From: Folioceros fuciformis
Lineage: Eukaryota
Direction of reading: 5' to 3'
DNA length: 64,000 nucleotides
Assembly (NCBI GenBank): GCA_049999805.1
Contig: JBNGIO010006239.1
Location: 237,412 to 301,411 of the forward strand
The notes under the pieces: generated by a model
Database searches by the model: none
What the model was told of the DNA's origin: nothing
The model's input: only the letters and a program-made list of their open reading frames with translations
Translations under genes and position numbers: made by a program
Part shown: in pieces, positions 12,025 through 22,118 of the stretch
Layout: every line of letters starts with the position of its first letter
Numbering within the stretch: position 1 is the stretch's first letter

Positions 12025-13419
12025 TCAGAGCCGAAGGGAGCGGTCGGGCTTTAAGAACGTGTGAAGCATAATGGAAGAAAGAAGCAGAAATACTTCGGCG
12101 TGCAGAAATCTCCATGACCCTAGAGGAATGTCATAAGCAAGATGGACAAAAACCTTCCCCTCGCTTACACAAATGGCAACTCTCGCAAAGAGGGTGCTTC
12201 CGACACGCTGCTGATGCATTACAGGAATCCAGTCCCGAACTTCACACATAAAAATGTCCTCAAAGCGCCCGGTCTGCACATCAGTACGAACGACAGAGAC
12301 GGGTCGGTAGTCCGTGTTAGTGCGCAGGTACCGTTCCCGACACGCTTCCGGATATTCTCTCCTCGCACGTCTGATGTAAATTGTGATAGCCCCGTCCACC
12401 TCACGGGCCTGGTATTGAAAGTCGAGGGAATGCGTCTCTGTGGGATGCCGCAACAGTAGGTGCCCTGATAAATACGACTCTACTTCCAACCTGCTAAGAC
12501 GAACGTCAATCATTGTGGAGAGTTCCGGATCCAAATTCCCCCAAACTCCTTCCTTTCGGGTATCCATCGGTGTCCACACATCCGTCTGGCTGCAGTAAAT
12601 GCCTTTCAACACAGTGTGATATCCAACATCGCCGACAACCAGTTTGAAGTGGCGGCGACCGCATGCGTCATCTGGCATAAGGGCCAATTCCAAAACATAG
12701 GCATGGCTGGAACAAGGATGAGGGGGCACCACCTTCCAAGTTTCATTCAGCAGGTTGACGACCAACAGTTTGTTCTCTCCACAGTCGTTCCTGCTCAGAA
12801 CGATGAGGCCATCTTGAACATGGACAACGCAGGGCGTCTTTCCCCGTGGCAAGGTCGGCAGTCCACCAAAATTCCAGTTAGAGCAGGTGAAATTCTGGAA
12901 CTCCGCTGGAAGAAAACCTATGTAGAGCTTGTGGACCTTAAACCTTGCCGGCCAAGGGCTGTGCTTCTCGTCAGGTATTAACAAAGAAGGGTCAGACCGG
13001 GATAGGGCGGCGTGGAACGTCTCCCACCTTGTGGAAGATAAATAAGGCGGGCGCTGAAACCCACACAAAAATCGGCCCGAATGGAAGGCCAGGGCAGCGC
13101 TGCGTGCCTCGAACTCGGCGGCCGTTAGCCACGACAGCCAACTCTTGGAGACAACCCGAAACCTAAGCTGGCTGGAGCGCGGCAAAAATAGCAAGATGGT
13201 GTACACCAACTCCTCCGAAAGGTGGCTCCACAACGCACTGTCCATCACTGGAAAAGGATTGGTGCGCGGCGGAGTAGAATCCACCTCCAACATATAGACG
13301 CTGAGGTAGCCGGGTTCTTCCCGGATTGTATACGCTCGTGTACAGCGAGGATCTGGCCAGCCTTTAGACCATAATGGACCCCAGTCTTCCGACATCCACC
13401 TTGCCCCGGGCTCGGCCAT
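12025..13419 (-). CDS. F-box protein, intronless, 464 aa, with a beta-rich F-box-associated-type C-terminus
   Basis: F-box motif LWSHLSEELVYTILLFLPRSSQLRFRVVSKSW. Downstream DGLIVL..LLVVNLLNETWKVVPP and IYCSQTDVW are typical of plant F-box substrate-binding regions. Confidence 0.85.
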   Translation of the reverse strand: MAEPGARWMSEDWGPLWSKGWPDPRCTRAYTIREEPGYLSVYMLEVDSTPPRTNPFPVMDSALWSHLSEELVYTILLFLPRSSQLRFRVVSKSWLSWLTAAEFEARSAALAFHSGRFLCGFQRPPYLSSTRWETFHAALSRSDPSLLIPDEKHSPWPARFKVHKLYIGFLPAEFQNFTCSNWNFGGLPTLPRGKTPCVVHVQDGLIVLSRNDCGENKLLVVNLLNETWKVVPPHPCSSHAYVLELALMPDDACGRRHFKLVVGDVGYHTVLKGIYCSQTDVWTPMDTRKEGVWGNLDPELSTMIDVRLSRLEVESYLSGHLLLRHPTETHSLDFQYQAREVDGAITIYIRRARREYPEACRERYLRTNTDYRPVSVVRTDVQTGRFEDIFMCEVRDWIPVMHQQRVGSTLFARVAICVSEGKVFVHLAYDIPLGSWRFLHAEVFLLLSSIMLHTFLKPDRSLRL

Positions 13420-13730
13420 AACGTGGCAGACTCCCTGACTTCGAGCAACGAACCCTACTTCAACCTTGGACGATCAAAGCACTATTGCAAGCACCCGAAC
13501 TGACGGCCGATACAGCAATGTAGCCAATCACGCCTAAGCTGATCAAGGTCGACGTTGCGCCTACAGGTCCTGGCATCCGTTTTGCTGGCGAATGAAATAA
13601 AGAGCCACCATCCTCATCTTGCAAAGAGGGCACTCAGTCTGATATAAGATGTGGGATTTGGTGAGTTCCTTCCAAGTCTCAGTAGTGCGTCTTTCTGGGT
13701 CCGAAGATGGAAAGGCACGCGGCGAAGCCA

Positions 13731-13953
13731 TAGGATCTCCATGCATATGCATAGATTCTGCCAGTATAGCACGGTCTGGATGATCGGGGAAGCTTAAGCT
13801 TGTAGGATGTGCATGCATAGCTTTCCCAGTATAGCAAGGGTTTGGTGTAGCTCCCAGGGGCTCCAAGGATCTCGATGCAGAGCTTTTAAGCTTTGTAGGA
13901 TGTCGATGCATGGCTTCTGCGGTCATGACAGGGTTTGGATATCCGGGTAGTTT
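13731..13953. repeat. Degenerate tandem repeat (about 4 units starting AGGAT..ATGCA) in the F-box/SET spacer
   Basis: Units start near 13731, 13804, 13866 and 13897 and share aggat(c/g)t..atgcat..c/ttct...agggtttgg. Homologous units occur at about 22260-22380. Confidence 0.55.
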
Positions 13954-14347
13954 CTGAGGGCTCCAGTCTGTTGAAGATATTCAGTCGCCCTCGTAGCCTG
14001 CTGCCTGGAGCTGGAGGTCTGTCTCCAACCTGAAGCAGAAGCCGTCGTTCCAGATGCAGCCCGCCGACGTTCTCGCTCCCAAGTGTTTGCTCGTTTGGGA
14101 TAAGAAAGTGTGTGAGCGAGAGGTGGGCAGCATCCTGTGGAGCGACTCCACGCAGCCGCTGGACCGTTGCTGGACACCCGAACAGCTGGCCCGTCAGTAC
14201 AGTATCCCGCTTTCGGCCAGCTCCCCTAATCGGGATTCAGGGCTCAGCAAGGAATCCCGCCACTGGCACAATCTGGGCACTCGCGGAAGAGAAAAGCGAA
14301 GGGGGCGAAGGGTTTACTGTCTCATGGTTAGATAGGCTACTCTCACC

Positions 14348-16741
14348 ATGAGGAGTAGCCCTAAGGCGCGGGCCCCGAGCCCTGACAAAAAGACAATTCT
14401 TGCTCTCCAGAACATCGACGATGTTCTGGTAGACAGGCTCAAAGAGAAGGGCATCTCTTTCGCAACCATTTCGAACAGGTTCGATAAAGCATCGATGAGG
14501 GAGTTGATTCAGAGGCACAATGAAGCTGCGGAAGAGTTCAAGCGACTGGTGGAGGAATCTACTCCCGAGACCATGTTCAACTACCGTGTGGTTGATCCGT
14601 TGACGCCGTCCCCTTCGATGTACAAGTTGAAGAGAGTAGACTCTATGTTTCGGCTTATCCCTCCGGATCAGCCCATCGACTATCAGTCCTCGGAGGAAGA
14701 TGAAATTCGGCCCCTAAAACTGTTTAGAACACTCATACGTGGCAAATTCTGCGCGAAACCGTTCATGACAGGAGGAGTCCGCACTGTATTCGAAGACCTT
14801 ACGGAGAATGTTGTCCTAGTGGTGATTGATAATGCTATGTGTAGCACAGCGAGCGAGCAGGATGTCTGCCGCAAGTACCCGGAAGGAATGGAGGTGGCAA
14901 TTAAGCAACCCGAGCTAAAACCACTATGGAAGGATGGCACGGTTGGATGGAGGATTTCCAACCCTGCGGACATCGTGCCTGTTGGCGAATATAACTTACT
15001 TAACGAAGGTAGGACTTGCATCCCCCACTGCAGTGATGGTATACCACTAGGGCTGCATGAAAGTTGCTATAGAACCATGACTGAAGCAGCTGAGCAGCTC
15101 CTTGTTCAAGGAGATCTCCTTTATTCTCAGGGTGAGGGGAGCCGGGCAGCTGCTTGCTACAACGTGAGTGCCCTAATCATGGAGGGGATCCCGACGGATC
15201 AAGCACCTTCATTCGGAATCAAAGAAAAGCTTCAGCTCCTCTATGCCAAAGATATCAAGGCTTGCATGCTGTTCGGAGGTTACAAGAGGGCTCTGAGAAA
15301 TGCCGATAGGTGGTTGGAGCTGACCCAGAACGGCACCGTACACCTCATGAAGAAACTTAGAATCCTGTACGCAATGGAAGAACACGAGAGAGCAAGAGAC
15401 TGTCTTAATGAGCTGCGCATCCAAGGAAAAGGCAGTGACCTACTCCACAACGTCGATAAGGTTATGACAGGCAAGATTAACACGGCTTATGAGCAGAGTT
15501 GTTTGGGAATTTTCACCTTTCCCGAAGACTTCATGAAGGACTCATGTGAAAGCAAGGAAACGCTAGAGTGCCATCAGTATATTGGACCCGTGGAGATTCG
15601 CGACACACGTAATGGGCGGGGTGTCGTTGCAACCAGAGATGTGAAGCCAGGAGAGCTGTTGGTTGTGAGCAAGGCTCTTGCACGGTCGGAAGGTGCACCC
15701 AAGGGTGACCGTAGGCCCGGCCTCTACTACTATGGCCTTTCGAGTGGAAAGCTCCAAGCTTGGTCGTCACAAGAGCAGGATGTACTAGTCCAGATGATAC
15801 AGAAAGCACAGGAATCCGCACAGTATGCCAGGCAGCTCAGGAGCCTCCGGTCATCCTCTGACTCCAAACGATCTATACCTCCGTTGTCCTTGTTCACCCA
15901 GGCATGGGATGAAGGCGAGGAGGATGAATTGTGGAACATGACGGATCCCGAATGGAGAGAAGTACACTTGAGCAGCATAAACGTGCGTAATATCCGAGGC
16001 ACTCAACGCGTGAACGGGTTTCGCAACGCACTATATGGATTGGCTTCCTTCTTCAACCACTCGTGCTCTCCCAACTCCGTGCAGTACAAGGTGGGCGACC
16101 ACGTTTTCGTCTCCTCCAGTCGCGGGGTGAAAGCTGGAGAAGAGTTTTTCTTGCATTATTACAGTACATTTAGGACCGTCATACACCGCAGAGAATGCCC
16201 GGAGCACTTCGTATGCCACTGTCCCCGCTGTGACTTTGAAGAGCAGGCATTGATAACCATACCGGCTTTAAACACGCTGGCCAAGAGGTATCATGGATTC
16301 TTTGAAAACCAGGACAATCTCGTGCAAACTGCTACCATACTATCGGAGGCAGCTAAAATTGCTGCCAAACTGGACAGGATCCTCAGCAGCGACGATTGTA
16401 AGCATTTCACGCAGAAGGAACAAGACTGGATCAGGTGCTCCCTTGCCCAGATTTATGTGTTCCCGTGCGTGTATGGTATGACGCGGAATGATCTGTCCAC
16501 AGCGGATGAGACTCTGAGGATTCTGGCTGCCGTTGATCCATGTAGTCCAATGCTATTGACCGTATTGGGATTGAGCTACTGTGTAGAGGGTGAGAAATCT
16601 GCTGGCGGCGATCACTTCAAGAGACTCCTCCAGGAGAAATCCGAGAACTTCTACTTGCCGGTAGCAGAGGACAAACGTTTTGAGGCAATGCGTAATTGGA
16701 CCGAGTCGTGTGCACTGTCAAACTGGACTGAGATTTTTTGA
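14348..16741 (+). CDS. TPR plus SET domain protein lysine methyltransferase, intronless, 797 aa
   Basis: SET motifs GRGVVATRDVKPGELL, FFNHSCSPN and GVKAGEEFFLHY, with post-SET CHCPRC. TPR-like helices (QGDLLYSQGE..RAAACY, ALRNADRWLEL) lie upstream, preceded by an N-terminal domain ending YPEGMEVAIKQP..DGTVGWRISNPADIV. Confidence 0.88.
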   Translation: MRSSPKARAPSPDKKTILALQNIDDVLVDRLKEKGISFATISNRFDKASMRELIQRHNEAAEEFKRLVEESTPETMFNYRVVDPLTPSPSMYKLKRVDSMFRLIPPDQPIDYQSSEEDEIRPLKLFRTLIRGKFCAKPFMTGGVRTVFEDLTENVVLVVIDNAMCSTASEQDVCRKYPEGMEVAIKQPELKPLWKDGTVGWRISNPADIVPVGEYNLLNEGRTCIPHCSDGIPLGLHESCYRTMTEAAEQLLVQGDLLYSQGEGSRAAACYNVSALIMEGIPTDQAPSFGIKEKLQLLYAKDIKACMLFGGYKRALRNADRWLELTQNGTVHLMKKLRILYAMEEHERARDCLNELRIQGKGSDLLHNVDKVMTGKINTAYEQSCLGIFTFPEDFMKDSCESKETLECHQYIGPVEIRDTRNGRGVVATRDVKPGELLVVSKALARSEGAPKGDRRPGLYYYGLSSGKLQAWSSQEQDVLVQMIQKAQESAQYARQLRSLRSSSDSKRSIPPLSLFTQAWDEGEEDELWNMTDPEWREVHLSSINVRNIRGTQRVNGFRNALYGLASFFNHSCSPNSVQYKVGDHVFVSSSRGVKAGEEFFLHYYSTFRTVIHRRECPEHFVCHCPRCDFEEQALITIPALNTLAKRYHGFFENQDNLVQTATILSEAAKIAAKLDRILSSDDCKHFTQKEQDWIRCSLAQIYVFPCVYGMTRNDLSTADETLRILAAVDPCSPMLLTVLGLSYCVEGEKSAGGDHFKRLLQEKSENFYLPVAEDKRFEAMRNWTESCALSNWTEIF

Positions 16742-16891
16742 GGTCGCGTACATAGAGATTTCGAGTTCCATGCTCTGGACCAGCAGACACCATTGTTTAA
16801 TCTGCGTTATCCTAACCCAAGATTCATTCTTACTCAAAGTAAGGCTCAGGCTAGAGTTTGTGTAAAACTCTGTGACTGACCAAGAGTACGC

Positions 16892-17196
16892 TGTTAGAAA
16901 TGAATGGTTTAGGGCAACACATAAAAAATAGTAATGTTTCTAAATTAACAATTAAATATTTATGCTATATTAGAGAGTAGTAGAAGAACTTGCTTGTAGT
17001 CTAAGCAAGTTTATTACTATAGAATAGATAGTATCTAGAATAATAACATGGTGACCCTCAAGTATATAAGGGGTCATGGTCATTGCTCTATAGTGTAGTT
17101 GTGAATAGAGAAGCATCATGTGTTTGAGCTCAAGGAGCTTTTACATGTTGTTCACACCCCCGTATCTTGTTAAATATTTCCTCTCAATAAAGGCTA
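16892..17196 (+). mobile_element. Copia LTR, 3'-truncated
   Basis: Starts TGTTAGAAAT and contains a TATATAA box near 17064. 17158-17196 is the reverse complement of the LTR end at about 18960-18997, which terminates ATTTCTAACA, completing a perfect 10-bp terminal inverted repeat. Confidence 0.75.
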
Positions 17197-17202
17197 TCAA
17201 CA

Positions 17203-19017
17203 AAGACCCTATACCCTATTACCTGACACTTATTTCTTGACACTTATTGATAATGAAGAAATTGCACTTATTACCTGTATCTTTAACATCCAAACTTAAA
17301 CCCTTAACCAAACTCTAGGAATGCATCAATTTAAGGGTATCTATATTTGTATGGCTTAGACGTTGATGCCATAGACTTAAAGATCCTTGGCTGGGAGGTG
17401 AACTTGATGCAGTGACATAAGCTTCATCATCTCTTACAGAAGCACACAACTTGTAGAGATTGCCTACCCGAATACCTCTGGTTATTACCTTAACATTAGG
17501 TGATTCCGGTTGCTCGGATTGGATGCGACATCCTATTGAGTTGAACACAATCTCATTGTAATTCTAACTACAGAAAGAAGATTTTTAGCAAGACTAGGTA
17601 CAAGGTGTACATCATTTATTGTACCTTTGGGCTGTTTTCTAGGTAGTTTTACCTTTATGATACCTTTTCCTTTGATCTCATGTGATGTGTTATCACCAAG
17701 TGCCACCTTATGCCTTGTTAACATTTCTTTGTAGCTTGAGATCCAGGGTCGGTTGTAAAATGTTGAGATGCTCCAAAGTCTAGATATAGACTCTCATCCT
17801 TCTTTGATGAGTGATCTCCCCCTTGTCTCTATTGTTGAAGTAGAAAAAAGATTTTCTTCCCACTCACTTACTTGATTGGCTTGTGGTTGTTTTCCCTTTT
17901 TCAAATCAGCCAATCTTGTCCTTCAGTCTTTTGCATAATGATTAGGCTTTTTATAGTGATGGCAAGTACCCAGGTCTTCTTCTTTGTGACTTTCTCCTTT
18001 GATCCTTCATTGGAGTTGTCTTGTGGGATCTTTCCTCGTGACTTTCCTTTCTTTGAAAAAAGTACCGAGTCACCTTTGTGTTTATTCTTTAATGAATGCA
18101 CTAGCTCCTCTTGTAGAAGCAACCCAATCACCTCTTCTACTGTCGCTTGTTTATTACTTGAATGCAGTGCTACAAATGTCCTAAAAGACACCACCAATTG
18201 CGCGTATGCTGATCGTAAACTATTTAATAACACCATAATAATCCTTCCTTCAGAAAGTTTGATGTCAGCAGCTTGCATTTGATCAACTAAGTTCTTCAAC
18301 TTGTTGACGTGTTGTTGAAATCGTGTCCTCTTCAACCATCTTGAAGTTGGACAATTGATGCTCCAACAACATTTCACTCACTATACTTTTTTTTTTGTAC
18401 ATATGGCAAAGAGAAGTCCATGCACTCTTCGATGTTGCACACTCACTCAATTGAGAGAGTATGTCATCAGACACATTAAGAAGGATTGCAGCTAATGCTT
18501 GTCCATCCTTATCAAGGTCTCCTTCGGTGGGTGTGTCTTCGAGGCCCTTGTCGACGAATTTTCATACTCCTCTCTCAATGAGAAGCATCTTCATCTTTAA
18601 CTTCCATAATGTGAAGTTCTTGCCTCCAAACTTCTCCACCAAACGGGTCTCTATGCTTGTTGACGCTATCTATTATATTCTCTCGAATTTCAACCTCTTG
18701 CTATAGAATGAATACTATCAATACCTTCACAACTACACACAAGCTCCCACAAGCCCCAAGCTAAGAGCTATGCAATTGTTTGTAAACTCTTACAAGCATA
18801 AGGCTAAGAGTTTATTCCTTGCACACGAGTTCTTTCTAGAACTCTGCTAAAAACTATGCAAAAGGTGTTGACACAAGTACACAACTATAATAACCAAGAG
18901 AAAACTACTAGGCTCTATTTAGAACATGGCTCTGATATCATGTTAGAAATATTCGGATCTAGCCTTTATTGAGAGGAAATATTTAACAAGATACGGGAAA
19001 TATTTAACAATATTTAA
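17203..19017 (-). mobile_element. Degenerate Ty1/Copia internal segment: LTR 3' end, PBS, gag (UBN2-type), protease, GAG-pre-integrase
   Basis: Minus strand reads ...TTTCTAACA then TGATATCAGAGCC. Gag-like: EKFGGKNFTLWKLKMKMLL, ILLNVSDDILSQLSECATSKSAW. Protease-region: VALGDN..EIKGKG..VHLVPSLAKNLLSV. Pre-integrase: LWHQRLSH. Frameshifts and stops throughout. Confidence 0.88.
18928..18940 (-). promoter_or_regulatory. Primer binding site (tRNA-Met-i type) of the Copia element
   Basis: TGATATCAGAGCC directly follows the LTR terminal CA and has one mismatch to the canonical TGGTATCAGAGC. Confidence 0.8.
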
Positions 19018-20004
19018 CCCAATCACCTCTAGCTCGGCCAGCCTCCTCGTCAATGCCTCAACCTGACTGGTCATTCCTCCACCACTTGAGGACGGTTCGC
19101 CTCTCTCCATCCTGTAGGATCCTTTGCCTCTCCTGTCCTTCTCAGCTGGACGATCCTCATCCTCCTCACGCCTCTTGCGTGCTTTCTCCAGATCCTTCCT
19201 CATCCTCTTCTCATAAGCCCTATCGGACTCCTCATAGGTGTAAGGATTCGACACAAGGTTGTCATAATCCGGATCAGAGTGAGACGATGACCTCAACCTT
19301 GAAGAGGAAGATGGGCTGTGATGCCTCGACCTCCTATGATGCCCATACTTCCGGTTCTGCTTCCTCTTCTCTCTGCTCAACTCCGACAGCTCAAAATCTT
19401 CAGCAGCCTTCAAAGCGTCCTGCAAAGTGGTCACACCTCTCGTGCAGTAGGTTGCCATCCAATCGGGTAGTCCTCCAGCAAACCAATCCAAAGCTTGAGC
19501 ATCCGTGTACCTTGGAGTACTCGGACCTCCTAGAACACTTGGCCTGCCACGTGGGATCCTGTCCACATAGCTGTAGAACCTCTCAATGTAATCATAGAGA
19601 TCCTCCTTCCTTCCTCGCTTCAAAGTCCTCAACCTCGCGTAGGTGTGATGGCCATGGCTGAGACCTCGAAACCTGGTCAAGAAATCGTCCTTCAGGCTGT
19701 CCCAATCCACTGGTGGTATCACTCCATACGTCCGGCTATACCACTGCTGAGCTTGTCCTCTCAGCAAACCTGGAAAGATCCTCGAACGATCAGTTGTAGT
19801 GTCCTCCATGTTGGCATGAGACACATGCTCGAACGTCTTTAGGAAGGATTCAGCATCCTCCCCTCTTCTCTTGTCTCCAAACTTCACGTATTGCTGACGA
19901 CTGTGAATAGGAGCAGCCATCCTTGAAGCAACTCCTCCACCCACTTGGCTGATACTTGACGTAGGAAGTATAGCCCCTACTGAGACCACTACGGGGGCTG
20001 ACAA
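18943..20004 (-). mobile_element. Ty3/Gypsy-type retrotransposon gag ORF, truncated and fused to Copia LTR sequence
   Basis: KFGDKRRGEDAESFLKTFE..LLRGQAQQWY..DWDSLKDDFLTRF..LRTLKRG.KEDLYDYIERF fits the Retrotrans_gag pattern. The last 25 or so codons (below about 19020) read through LTR and filler DNA. Confidence 0.8.
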
Positions 20005-20219
20005 TGGAACAATGGCCGGCGCTGACCACCAACAAGTGACTGCAAGCTATCCAGCAATGATACCATAACTGAAGTATCACCTAGAGTTGACTACAAAACA
20101 CTCGACTGTAACACAGACTCCCTCTCAACACGTTTACCACACATCAAAGTGGTTTGGTTATTAAAGTGGGAAAGTTTAGGTCCGGTACCGGGCCATAGGG
20201 TTATTAAAGCCCAATGTGC

Positions 20220-20345
20220 TTAGACTAATGTGATTAGTCTAATTAGACTAATGTGATTAGTCTAATTAGACTAATGTNNNNNNNNNNTGATTAGTCTAAT
20301 TAGACTAATGTGATTAGTCTAATTAGACTAATGTAATTAGTCTAA
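20220..20345. repeat. 23-bp palindromic tandem array (TTAGACTAAT-GTG-ATTAGTCTAA), interrupted by an assembly gap
   Basis: Units at 20220, 20243, 20266 (gap 20278-20287), 20300 and 20323. Each unit has a 10-bp inverted repeat around a 3-nt loop. Confidence 0.9.
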
Positions 20346-20379
20346 GATTAGTGTCTAATTAAGTATCCAAACCTTGGTC

Positions 20380-21420
20380 TTGGTCAAGTGGAGAGGCTCT
20401 TCTTCATTTTGATGCCTTTGTTGATACACCAAACTCCAATGTTTTGTACCATTCAAATACCTTATGATCCTTTTCACAGCTTGAAAATGCTGTTGACCAG
20501 GATTGACTAAAAATTAGCTAGCTACTCCCACTGCCTCTACAATGTTAGGTCTTGTGCTTGTAGATAAATATGTAAGGCAGCCAACTATACATTGGTATAA
20601 AGTTTTATCTACCGTTTCCTTGTCTTCATCAGTTATAGGACTCATTTTCTTCGACAACTTTTTATTTAACACCGTTGGCGTCTTCACTGGTTTGCAATCT
20701 TGCATTCCAAACCGCTTAAGGACATTCTCAATTTATGTTCTTTGACTCAAAGAGATCATCCTATTAGAGATGTCCGTCATTACCTTTATCCCTAGGAAAT
20801 AATGAAGTTTTCCTAGATCTCTCATGTTAAAACTATCATTTAGACTCGTTTTTGTATGCTTTAAGAGTTCTAAATCATTGCAAACTAAAATAAGATCATC
20901 AACATAAACAACAATAATTATTATGGACTTTCCTTTTCTCTTTACAAAGATGTTCCAATCTCCATTGGTTTTCTTAAAACCTATTGCTAAGAAGAATTTA
21001 TAAATTCTTACATACCAGGTAAGTGCTGATTCCTTGAGGCCATAGATTGCCTTTTGCAATTTACATACTTCATCTTCACAACCTGGTACCTCATACCCTT
21101 TTGGTTGGTTCATATAGATTTCTTTTTCCAAATCTCCATAAAGAAATGTTATTTGAACATCCATGTGATGAATCTCCAGATCCATGGTTGCTGCTATTGT
21201 TAAGAGTACCAGGACACATGTTATATATTCTTGCCTTGTAATGCTGGATGCTTCCATCAGTATTATGTTTGATGTTGAATATCCATTTTGATGTTATGCA
21301 CTTTCTTCCATCAGCATTATATTTGATCTTGAATACTCATTTTGATTTTATGCCTATTTTATCTTATGTACTTTCTTCCATAACTTATGTTATGCACTTT
21401 TTTAGAGTAAGAGAAGTGAT
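20380..21420 (-). mobile_element. Degenerate Ty1/Copia reverse transcriptase fragment
   Basis: DLEIHHMDVQITFLYGDLEKEIYMNQPKGY..CKLQKAIYGLK, VYVDDLIL, MRDLGKLHYFLGI, YQCIVGCLTYL..TRPNI. The KCITSKWIFNIK..DG segment is locally duplicated at about 21250-21360. Confidence 0.9.
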
Positions 21421-21449
21421 TTTGAGTGATGAGTGTAATGAGTGTACGC

Positions 21450-21887
21450 ATCGTCCTAGACGTGTTGGTGAGGTTCTGGAAGTCCAGCGAAGAAAAGCTA
21501 AGCTGAGTTTATGAACTTTGTACCTTTCCAGATCGAGGATGTGGCCTCTGTTCCCCGTTACAGATGACCACACTGGTGCGCAATCCCAAACATAAACCGA
21601 CCAGAAAAAAAGGCCAACGCAGCGCTGCGTGCCTTGAACTCGGTGGACGTTAGACGCGATCGCCATGTCTTGGAGACAGCCCGAAACCTAGCCTGGCTGG
21701 AGCGAGGGAGCACAAGCAAGATCATATCCACCATGTGCTCTGGCACCGCACTCCACAACGCAGCGTCCATTGCCGGCATGGTTCCAGGCTCAATGCGGCG
21801 GATACCTGGAACAAAGTCCTCCTCCAATATGTAAGCCATGATGAAGTTGTCGCCAATTTCTTTCGCCATCGCTGTCCCACGGGCCAT
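21450..21887 (-). pseudogene. Truncated paralogue of the F-box gene at 12025-13419
   Basis: AALWSAVPEHMVDMILLVLPRSSQARFRAVSKTW..EFKARSAALAF aligns to copy 1. There is a stop at 21558, and homology ends near 21450 against the Copia RT fragment. Confidence 0.85.
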
Positions 21888-21952
21888 AACCTAGCAAATT
21901 TGAAGCGCAGGTGCTGAGATTTCCCGCACATATATCAAAATGATATAAAGCG

Positions 21953-22118
21953 CTTCAGGATGATTGAAAGCTTCCTCTCACCACGGCCTGTGAGTGCTGA
22001 TCTATATTATAATGGAACCCTGATTCAGGATGATCAAAAGCCTCTAATCACCGCGGCCCGTGAGTGCTGCCCCATGCAATACTGAAAACCTTCTTCAGGA
22101 TGATCGAAAGCTCCCACT
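21953..22118. repeat. Degenerate tandem repeat of about 70 bp, about 2.4 copies
   Basis: ttcaggatgat(t/c)(g/a)aaagc occurs at about 21954, 22024 and 22094. The first two units also share tcacc(a/g)cggcc(t/c)gtgagtgctg. Confidence 0.7.

Noticed and set aside
20220-20345. Palindromic 23-bp repeats as a CRISPR array
   Set aside because: Units are directly adjacent with no unique spacers, there are no cas genes, and the context is eukaryotic.
16886-21449. GTACGC at both edges of the TE nest as a target-site duplication
   Set aside because: The right copy is not preceded by an LTR end, and the missing half of F-box copy 2 is not found on the left side. Likely chance or microhomology.
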